From Macrostomum lignano (taxonomy: Eukaryota), in NCBI GenBank assembly GCA_002269645.1, contig NIVC01003387.1, forward strand, positions 1-40,090: a DNA stretch of 40,090 nucleotides, read 5' to 3'. Of this stretch, positions 11,325 through 21,300 are shown in pieces (position 1 is the first letter of the stretch; each line of letters opens with the position of its first letter). A program made the position numbers and the translations under genes. Under the pieces are notes generated by a model, which saw only the letters and a program-made list of their open reading frames with translations, did no database searches and had not been told where the DNA came from.

Positions 11325-12560
11325 GTACGATTGGTCTGACAGACTGATTGCATAAACCAAGGATTAGAGTCTGACAGACTGCATAAACCAAGGATTAGGG
11401 TCTGACAGACTGATTGCATTAGCTAGGATTAGGGTCCGACGGACTGATTGCATTAGCTAGGATTAGGGTCTGACAGACTGATTGCATTAGCTAGGATTAG
11501 GGTCTGACAGACTGATTGCATTAGCTAGGATTAGGGTCCGACGGACTGATTGCATTAGCTAGGATTAGGGTCTGACAGACTGATTGCATTAGCTAGGATT
11601 AGGGTCTGACAGACTGATTGCATTAACCCAGGATTAGGGTCTGACAGACTGATTGCATAAACCAAGGATTAGGGTCTGACAGACTGATTGCATTATCTAG
11701 GATTAGGGTCTGACAGACTGATTGCATTAACCCAGGATTAGGGTCTGACAGACTGATTGCATTAACCCAGGATTAGGGTCTGACAGACTGATTGCATTAG
11801 CTAGGATTAGGGTCTGACAGACTGATTGCATTAGCTAGGATTAGGGTCTGACAGACTGATTGCATTAACCCAGGATTAGGGTCTGACAGACTGATTGCAT
11901 TAACCCAGGATTAGGGTCTGACAGACTGATTGCATTAACCAAGGATTAGGGTCTGACAGACTGATTGCATTAACCCAGGATTAGGGTCTGACAGACTGAT
12001 TGCATTAACCCAGGATTAGGGTCTGACAGACTGATTGCATTAACCCAGGATTAGGGTCTGACAGACTGATTGCATAAACCAAGGATTAGGGTCTGACAGA
12101 CTGATTGCATTATCTAGGATTAGGGTCTGACAGACTGATTGCATTAACCCAGGATTAGGGTCTGACAGACTGATTGCATTAACCAAGGATTAGGGTCTGA
12201 CAGACTGATTGCATTAGCTAGGATTAGGGTCTGACAGACTGATTGCATTAACCCAGGATTAGGGTCTGACAGACTGATTGCATTAACCAAGGATTAGGGT
12301 CTGACAGACTGATTGCAAAAACCAAGGATTAGGGTCTGACAGACTGATTGCATTAACCCAGGATTAGGGTCTGACAGACTGATTGCATTAGCTAGGATTA
12401 GAGTCTGACAGACTGATTGCATTAACCCAGGATTAGGGTCTGACAGACTGATTGCATAGCTAGGATTAGGGTCTGACAGACTGATTGCATTAACTAAGGA
12501 TTAGGGTCTGACAGACTGATTGCATTAACTAAGGATTAGGGTCTGACAGGCTGTTTGCAT
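11325..12560. repeat. 35-bp minisatellite (ggattagggtctgacagactgattgcattaaccca), ~35 copies, one TTAGGG per unit
   Basis: Directly visible array with two main variants (…ttagcta / …ttaaccca). Confidence 0.95.
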
Positions 12561-12638
12561 AGCCAGTATTGGAATAGAGACAGTCAATAATTTTTTGCAC
12601 AATTTTTTCAATCTTACTGCTTTCAAGTCGCTAATCCC

Positions 12639-15600
12639 ATGGTTTCTCTTGACGATTTGCGAAAGAAAGGCTGGTAGGTGAACGCATTACTTGCTACTTA
12701 AAAGTAGCTTATCCAGTACAATTTTATTTATCATCTCCAATTAACCAGGCACTTGACGCAGGAAGGTCTGCAGTACTGCATTGACAAACTCGATGGCAAG
12801 CCAACCACAATAGACAATGTGATTCAAATTGCGCTCAATGTAAGTCTAATTGGTTGTTTCATCGGGTCTAACAGTAAGGAATGTCAAGCCATTAGGTAGC
12901 GCTATAATAGTTTTTACTGTGTCAGCGAAAATTTTTTATCAGTTAAAACTAGACTACCATGCGTCTAATTTTAAACAGACCGACCTGAAGGACATCGGCG
13001 ACACTGCGCTGCCCTCAGCTGGTCGCATTGAGTCGCTAAGCGCCGGTTCCACAGCCGGCTCCACGTCTCACTACGTGATGCAGGTTCAACGAGTGCGAAA
13101 TGTGTCAGCGCCAAAGGACAACGAGGATAGCGGGGCGGCACCGCCTCTGTTAAAGGTTAGATTTTGTTTGTTTTAATAATTCCAATTAAACTTTTTAAAT
13201 ACCCATTGAATTCTCCTTTCGAACTGGCTGTTTATTTGCCGTAGCATCTCAGTTCGCCCTTTGAAATCGTCGTCACTTCCCTTGAGAATCGCCCTGAGTT
13301 CCATTGAGAATCTGAGTTCCATTAAGAACTGCCTTCAGTTTTTTGAGAATCGCCCTGAGTTCTCCATGAGAATCGCCCTGAGCTCCCTTAAGAATCGCCC
13401 TGAGTTTCCTTTGAGAATCGCCCTGCGTTCTCTATGAGAATCGCCCTGAGTTCTCTATGAAAATCACCCTGAGTTTCCTTTGAGAATCGCCCTGAGTTCT
13501 CTATGATAATCGCCCTGAGTTCCCTTTGAGAATCGCCCTGAGTTCAATTGAGAATCGCCCTGAGTCCAATTGAGAATCGCCCTGAGTTCCCTTTGAGAAT
13601 CGCCCTGAGTTCAATTGAGAATCGCCCTGAGTCCAATTGAGAATCGCCCTGAGTTCCCTTTGAGAATCGCCCTGAGTTCAATTGAGAATCGCCCTGAGTC
13701 CAATTGAGAATCGCCCTGAGTTCCCTTTGAGAATCGCCCTGAGTTCAATTGAGAATCGCCCTGAGTCCAATTGAGAATCGCCCTGAGTTCAATTGAGAAT
13801 CGCCCTGAGTTCCCTTTGAGAATCGCCCTGAGTTCAATTGAGAATCGCCCTGAGTCCAATTGAGAATCGCCCTGAGTTCAATTGAGAATCGCCCTGAGTT
13901 CCCTTTGAGAATCGCCCTGAGTTCAATTGAGAATCGCCTGACGCGCGGGTGTCGCTGCTCAACGCAGGTGACGCTGACGGACGGCCGGGTGACGCTGATC
14001 GGGCTGGATGTGCACAACCGGCTCAGCGGCCTACTGTCAACAAGGACTCCACCGGGCACCAAGTTGGCCCTCGACTGCGGCAAGGCGACCTTCTCCGACG
14101 GCTACTGGCTGGCAGACTCAGCCGCCTGCAAGCACCTGGGCGGCCGGGTCTCCCTCTTAGCCGAGGGCTGGCGCCTCCGCTCCGACATGCGCGACGGTCG
14201 TGGACGTCATCGTGCGGCCGGCACCGGCGCGCCGCCGTTTGTGCCTTTCGGCGCTGGCAGGGCCGCGGCGCAGACTACGGCCGCCGTGGCCGCCAATTTC
14301 AAATCGATGCCAGTTGGCAATGGAGGCGAAACTGGCGGCAGAGCCGAAGGCGGCGCCGATGCCGAAGAGGCCGACGGAGAGTTTGCGGAGCAGCGTCGGG
14401 CGATGATCGACGAGGCTCGGCAGCAGCAGCGCAAGGCCTTCGCCACGGCCAGCCACAACCAGCAGCGGCCGCAGGCGCTCAAGCGTCAGCAACAGCAACA
14501 ACAGCAGCAGCAACGGGATGACCCGACCGAAAAATTCGACGAACGCTCCGTGGACACCATCATGAGCATGGGCTACAGCTTCACCGAGGCTCTGGACGCG
14601 CTGAGGCATACTCACGGCGATCTCGGCAAAGCCGTCGATCACATCCTGGCTAGCCAGACCGCCGCGTCGGCCCGAATCCGAGATCCCGACCGCGAGGACC
14701 GAGGCCCGGTCTTTGCCGGAGCTGAAGGCTCCCTGGCTAAGCCGTCTGCCAAGCTGTCGCTGTTTGACTTTGTTCAGGGCCTGCCTATTGCCGGCATTGA
14801 CACAGCGGTGTCTCAGCAGCAGCCACCGTCTGCTCAGGGTTCTCAGCGTTTTGATCGGCAAAATCGACGGGGCCCGGCTCCAAGTCAGAGGAGCGACCAG
14901 AATCAGAGAGGCGGTCAGCCACCGTTTCAGCGCAATCAGAAAGGAGACCAAGATCAAAGAGGACCGCCGCCTAATCAGCGCAATCAGCGAGGGGACCAAG
15001 ATCAAAGGGGGCCGCCGCCTAACCAGCGCTTTCAGCGAGGAGATCAAGATCCAAGGGGGCCGCCGCCTAACCAGGGAAATCAGCGAGGGGACCACGATCA
15101 AAGAGGGCCGCCGCCTAACCAGCGCTATCAGCGAGGAGATCAAGATCAAAGAGGGCCGCCGCCTAACCAGCGCAATCAGAGAGGAGACCAAGATCAAAGG
15201 GGGCCGCCGCCTAACCAGCGCTATCAGCGAGGAGATCAAAATCAAAGGGGGCCGCCGCCTAACCAGCGCAATCAGCGAGAAGGAGACCAAGGTCAGAGAA
15301 GGCCGCTGCCTAACCAGCGCAATCAGCGAGGAGATCAAGATCCAAGGGGGCCGCCGCCTAACCAGGGCAATCAGCGAGGATACCAAGATCAAAGGGGGCC
15401 GCCGCCTAACCAGGGCAATCAGCGAGGAGACCAAGATCCAAGGGGGCCGCCGCCTAACCAGGGCAATCAGCGAGGAGACCAAGATCCAAGGGGGCCGCCG
15501 CCTAACCAGGGCAATCAGCGAGGAGACCAAGATCCAAGGGGGCCGCCGCCTAACCAGGGCAATCAGCGAGGAGACCAAGATCCAAGGGGACTGCCGCCTA

Positions 15601-16076
15601 ACCAGGGCAATCAGCGAGGAGACCAAGATCCAAGGGGACTGCCGCCTAACCAGAGCAATCAGCGAGGAGACCAAGATCCAAGGAGACTGCCGCCTAACCA
15701 GGGCAATCAGGCTCATCAGAGAGGACACGATCAAAGGGGTCCACTGCCTGCGGGTCATAAGTCGCAGCAGTTTTGGCAACCCACAGAGAACGAGTTCTGT
15801 ATGGCCCGTTACGCAGACAATCAATACTATTTGGCCCAGATAGTTAAGCTGCAGCCGCCGGCGCGCGCACTAATCAATTGGTATGAATACAATCAACAAC
15901 AGAGTGTTCTGCTGAAGGATCTGATGCCCGTCATGTTCGACCAACCGCCCCCAATGCCGCCTATGAACATGCCACCACCGTCGATGATGCCGCCGCATCA
16001 GGTAGGAGGACCTGGCGGAGGAGGCACCGGGATGCGAGAATTTTACAGTCGGGGAGCGCGTAACTTCTACGGTTAG
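12639..16076 (+). CDS. TDRD3: Tudor domain-containing protein 3; exons 12639-12673, 12749-12839, 12979-13155, 13968-16076; 803 aa
   Basis: The spliced N-terminus (GW|HLTQEG...IQIALN|TDLKDIG...VMQVQRVRNVSAPKDNEDSGAAPPLLK|VTLTDG...TPPGTK...GAPPFVPFG) matches the TDRD3 OB/RMI1-like fold. Also present: UBA (SVDTIMSMGYS..EA..AL....GDL..AVD.IL), LSLFDF motif, Tudor (ARYADNQYYLA...INWYEY) and C-terminal EFYSRGARN like the TDRD3 EJC-binding tail. All introns are GT-AG and in phase. Confidence 0.93.
13280..13940. repeat. 22-23-bp minisatellite (gagaatcgccctgagttcaatt) filling TDRD3 intron 3, with a 67-bp three-unit higher-order pattern
   Basis: Directly visible. The variants ttccctttt/ttcaatt/tccaatt cycle in order from ~13520. 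It explains the ORFs at 13611-14083. Confidence 0.93.
14934..15745 (+). repeat. Coding 48-nt/16-aa tandem repeat (NQRGDQD[Q/P]RGPPPNQ[R/G]) in TDRD3, 16 full units plus a partial one
   Basis: Counted from the translated ORF between the UBA and Tudor domains. Confidence 0.95.
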
Positions 16077-18262
16077 GCGCTAATGCAGATTGTAATGACC
16101 TTTATTAGGGACGATTTAAAAGTACATTTAATTGTACCGAATTGGTTAAAGTATTCCATATTTTGTAACTAAATGTTAAAGCAGTCGTAATTAACTATAT
16201 ATACATATATACAATACAATGGTGCATTGAGTTAATTTGACTTGGATGAATGGATGTTCGATTAGAAATATTGTCGTCTTCGTTATTACTTTATTGCATT
16301 TTAGTCTCAAATTGCTTATAATTAAAATAGCAGTGAGTAGCACTGGCCAGGTAGATCCCATGAAAAACTAATATAGAATGGCGCTACACTCTCAAAAGTG
16401 AGCAAATTTCCGACATTCGCTACAAAATTAATTAGCGATATACTCGTAGTGCTGCGTCTGCTACTTGTATAACAACTCTCGTGTCTACAGAGGCATCTTG
16501 AATCCAGTCGAAGAATCCATGCACTTGTAAAGACGATTTTCTAATCTTGTTTTGCTCCCTCAATTTCCTTGCGTCCACGTTCTTGCACCATGGCCAGCGT
16601 CATCCTTATAAACCTGGCTCCGCTTCCTGGATCTCTCCTTGGCTTGACAAGTCTTTGACCGGTTGAGTTGATTCGTCCTCTGGCCGGTGTAGTTAAGTCG
16701 CTTATCTTGCATTTCTGGGTAAATGTCGTAACCCGGGTCGGTTTGGGTGCCCAGTCCCGAGTACAATATATATTATACGTGATATAACAGGCGTTGTGAC
16801 GCTCTGTCTGTACTGTTATGGATACGAGCAGGCGTGACGACGCTCTGCGATAATAGTTCGATCCCTTTGGTGTTGTGACACTCAGAGTTCACGCTGCGGC
16901 TCGAGGTGTGGTGACACTCTCGAGTGCTTCTAGTCTCGATACTGTAGGTTGTACACACTATAGTAGAGTAGACAGTACAGTACTACAAAAAGCTATATGA
17001 TCTCCCGGCGTTATGACGCTCTGGCAAGAACTCAGCCTAACAAGCTCCCAGAAAAAAACGAACTCAAGCAGCAGGCGGCTTACCAGTGGCCAAATCGCCG
17101 TTACGTTTATTGATTCGCTCGTTGTACAGTGGCCAAATCGCCGTTCTCACGTCTATTGGTTTGCTCGTTGGTCAGTGCAGGTTCTGAATTCTCCAAAGCT
17201 CTTCTTAAGGCTCTTGTGTTTCTTTTCGCTGTATTCAATAACTAGTATTGCTGTTTATACGTCGAGTCCTGCACTTGTATTCTACGAGCACACCAAAACA
17301 AAAACACAAACAGCACAAACCGGGACGAAGGGCAGGAGCAAGACCCAGAGCCGCACTAAATAATAACCAAACCCTGGGGCCGATGGCCCCACCGGCTAAG
17401 CCCACCAAAACAAACTACCCCAACAAAATAGACTGGCCGCGCCGGCCAGCCAATCAAAACCCCGCCTAGGGGGGAGGGGCCGCACCCGCGACAAAGCTGG
17501 CCCGGCCGCAGCCAACCAGCCCTGAGCACGGGGCAGGGGCACGGCTGGGGAGGAGCACGCGCAAAGCCCGGCCGCTGGCCAGACCCTGCCACGCCCGCCA
17601 ACCCCCCCTAGCCAGCCCCAAAGTGCAACGCGCCCTGCCAACCGACAAGGGCGCATGCACTACATAAATGTTTAGCGCTCTGTCTTTAAAAATCTAGTCC
17701 TGCCCTGCAGCATATTTTCAGAGCTAACTGAATCAGAAAGTGATCAGCTAATCTAAATTGAAGTTTGCGTTGAATTTTGAGCAGCGTGCTTACATAAAAA
17801 TAGGAATGTCTTCGGGAAATGCCAGTGGCACAAGTTGTTACCGTCAGTTGTTGCAGGTCCATGGACCGAATGCAGTGAGTCAGCGAGCCGTTTACACACC
17901 AATATGAGCTCAGAGTCAAATATAGAGTTGAAGATTTTTAAGCCGTTTGATATTCTGAAACTGACATCTGGCATCTGGCTTCGCCATAATACACTGTAGA
18001 CGCCGCAAGGTTTCAGAACAGAGGTCAATGGAGACGCATCAAAGAAAGGGACTTCAATTGAAAGATAATCAGTCCTTTTGTACCATCACAAAGCTAGCCA
18101 GTGTACCCAACGCCCCCAGGACTCGGCCAATTTCCGATATATTTTTTCTACTCGATATAGAGTCGGGCTGAAAATAAGTAAAACTTTTGTGCAACGATTG
18201 TAACTCAAACCAATGCCAGTTAAAGGTGAACGGATTTTGCTTTATTGGCGCTTTTTCGAGAC

Positions 18263-18355
18263 TAAAGAGAGAGAAAAGATAGAGGGAGACAGAGAGGCTA
18301 GAGGAGGAGAAAGAGAAGGGATAAAGAGAGAATGGATAGAGGAGAGAGAGAAAGG
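18263..18355. repeat. GA-rich purine microsatellite in the DNase 3'UTR region
   Basis: gagagagaaaagatagagggagacagagagg... run. Confidence 0.8.
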
Positions 18356-18364
18356 CGCTGAGCC

Positions 18365-21300
18365 TCAGTTGACCGCCCTAAACACGACAGAGAGTCGCGC
18401 GGTGCACTCGGCCTCGGCGAGGCTGCAGCCGATGGTCAGTCGCAGGGGGTTGTCAGCCACGGAGTCGCCGTAGCCAGGCAGCGGCGGCGGCGACTCCCAG
18501 GGCAGATGGCGGGCGGCCAGTTCGGCGAGCAGGGCGGCCGTCTCCGGTCGGAGGACGCCCGGGAAGGCGGCTCTAAATTCGGAAACGGCGAGGCCGACGT
18601 CGGCGGCTGCTGCTTTGACGCCATCGCGAACAGCCGTGGCGAGTCGGAGGCCGCCTCCGCCGTCACTGTCGAGGTAGCCGGAGGTGCGGAAGCCTCCGTT
18701 CAATTGGGGGCTGGGCGGCCGGCCCTCTAGCTCGCGCATTCGGTGCAGCGACTGCAGACCAGCGGGATCGAGGGACTGCGACACCTCCAGCGACTGGCCC
18801 AGCCACAGGAGCTTGGCCGGGTCTGTCACTGCGGGAATAAGGTGCGCGAGTGCAGAGCTATAGGAGGATTGGGATCCTGATTGGAGCTATGGGAGAATTG
18901 GGATCATGATTGGAGCTATGAGAGAATTCGGATCCTAATTGGAGCTATGGAAGAATTGGGGATCCTGATTGGAGCTATGGGAAAATTGGAATCCTGATTG
19001 GAGTTACGGTACCTCATCGATATCAATGGGACAAGTGCAGGGCTGATCTTACTCTTTCCAGTAATAAGCAGCTCGACCGGATAGTGATCGCTGACTTCCT
19101 CCGCCTGGAATGAGAAATGATCTCGATCATTAAATAATAATGCGGTTAAAAAGTTAAAATAACCATGGATGGGTATGGACACCGTGATCGATGGTAATGG
19201 CTGCTTCTGCATCGTATCGACAGCGGTTCTTTTGTAACATTCGATAGACATACACTTATGTATTACCCCATAGACATTATTATCGCCATGAAGACACTTC
19301 CGTGCGATTATTTATCACCCGATGGACACATCATCACCATATCTAGACTGCACTTTAGCATCAATCTTCCTATACGGCCTTGAGGTTGTGCCAATCACTG
19401 CAAGCCGGGAAGAAGTCTTGAATGCGGCTTTCAGAGCTCCGCTGCGTTTCTCGCTCAACATTCGCTACCCGTGCGCCCCGTCGGGCCGCGCTCTGATGGT
19501 GAAAACTGACATGCCACCGCTGAGCGACACCCTCAGACGGCGAGGACAGAGACTCCTCAAACGCGTGCTCAGGACGCACGGACGCGAAGAAGACAACCCG
19601 CTGGCAGCTGTTGTTGCCAACCCATACCTCAGGAGGGCGTTCGCTGAGGACGAGACGGAACCATGACCTCCATTGACACTTTTCTTAACAATCTGCGCGT
19701 CCAGCTGTACTTGACTTCTAGCGAGGCCGTGCGTCTTCCCTCATCGGTTGTACACTAGGGTCTTTGAGTCCTCTGCGCCTTTAACACTACTACTACTATC
19801 ACCCTATAGACTAAACTTAAGTATCCGACGATGGACTCTACTGCAGCACCCAATGGTGGGATCACTTGGGAAAATATGAGTGTTAAGTTCAAGTATCGTC
19901 TCAAGACAACTCACCACAGTGTTATTCAGCCGAAAGGCGCTATCGAACCGGAACACGTCAGCAGATTCAACATCAATAGCCGTCATCAGCTTGGACCCAG
20001 TCGCTACAATATGATCGTACAGACAAGTTGTCCGCACCATGGTGGTCTCCATGCAACTGTTGATCAGCCAGGTGAGACTCTGGTCGCGCACCAACTGCAG
20101 CTCGTTCTTCTCGCGCCGATTCAAATAGGTGCAATCTGCGTTGAAATCGCCAACGATGAGGACATTCTGAAGAGAATTTTTTGCATTGCAACATTTTACC
20201 ACTGAATAGCCTCGATTGTCCATGTGTGTCATCGGGTACAGCTGACTCTTGGGTCAGATTCTAATTCAGATTTCTCTTTGAGCACGATCACACAGCCATC
20301 AAACAAAGGTCGTGTAATCACAGAACTTGTACAGCAAATTGAATTTCTTTGTAAAATTGTTGTGTGATTTAATCGCAGTGTGAAGGAGCCTTTAATGCAC
20401 AAGTACCAGTACTTGCCTCATTTTGCCAGGCGTTGCGCGCCGCCCTCTGCACGGAGTGTAGCGCCTCCAACTCTACAACAACGTCCCTTGGCGAAGTGTG
20501 CAGACCGAGTACGCCGAAGGTAGTCACCTTGACTGGAGGGGAAGAAGGATGATTTTCGGACTTGGTGCTTGTAGACCATGAGTATGGCAATCATGATAGG
20601 ACATATCAACTTTGATTTTTGCCTCCTGAATTTGGACCCCGGATGCCAAAAGTATATATATATGTGTACAATTATAGAAATTCCTTAGATTTTAAGATTT
20701 CTATCCATTGTCAACTTTAATTACACTTGTATAAGTAATCTGTAAACATGGAGTCTGCAGACGTCAGCAACTTCTGTTGGGTCAGAAAGGCTCAGTAATG
20801 TAAAGGGTTGGGTACAGATGTTGGTATTGTATTTGAATTTGAATTTCTCGACTGATGCCCGCTGATATCATTCATTAATTCAAATCCAGGATACCAAAAT
20901 TACGCTGGAATTCTGACGCTCAAAAAACCCCTGTTTACAGGCCTAGGTGTTGTATTACTCACGCGCGCCGCGCACGTGAAACAGTGCGCCGTAGGGCGGC
21001 CGTTCAAACAAGTCCTGCGGATCGTCGTATTGATAGGTGCCGGCCAGGCTGAATATCGACTCCCTGGAAGTTACATGTAATTGGCGTCGCTGGGCCGACT
21101 GAATTTATTGTTGCTAGCAATGAAGCTATGAACGCAATACATGTACGAGCTACGAATCATTAAGCAACTTGGTCAACCGTTTCTAAGTCCATTCTCTGCC
21201 GGTTCTCTCGACAAGCCATTGCAACTACGAGCGTAAATGGGAATGCCCAAGGACCACTAGAAGGTCCTTGCTTTGTATTCGTTTGTATTCGACTGGTCTG

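Noticed and set aside
11325-12560. Regular repeat array as a possible CRISPR array
   Set aside because: Units are directly adjacent with no unique spacers, there are no cas genes, and the context is eukaryotic.
14157-15843. 555-aa antisense ORF and 376-aa alternative-frame ORF over TDRD3
   Set aside because: By-products of the stop-poor 48-nt coding repeat. The TDRD3 frame carries all the recognisable domains.
16770-17330. Possible solo LTR(s) beginning near gttgtgacgctct / gttatgacgctct
   Set aside because: No TG...CA termini with TSD could be fixed and no PBS/PPT was seen.
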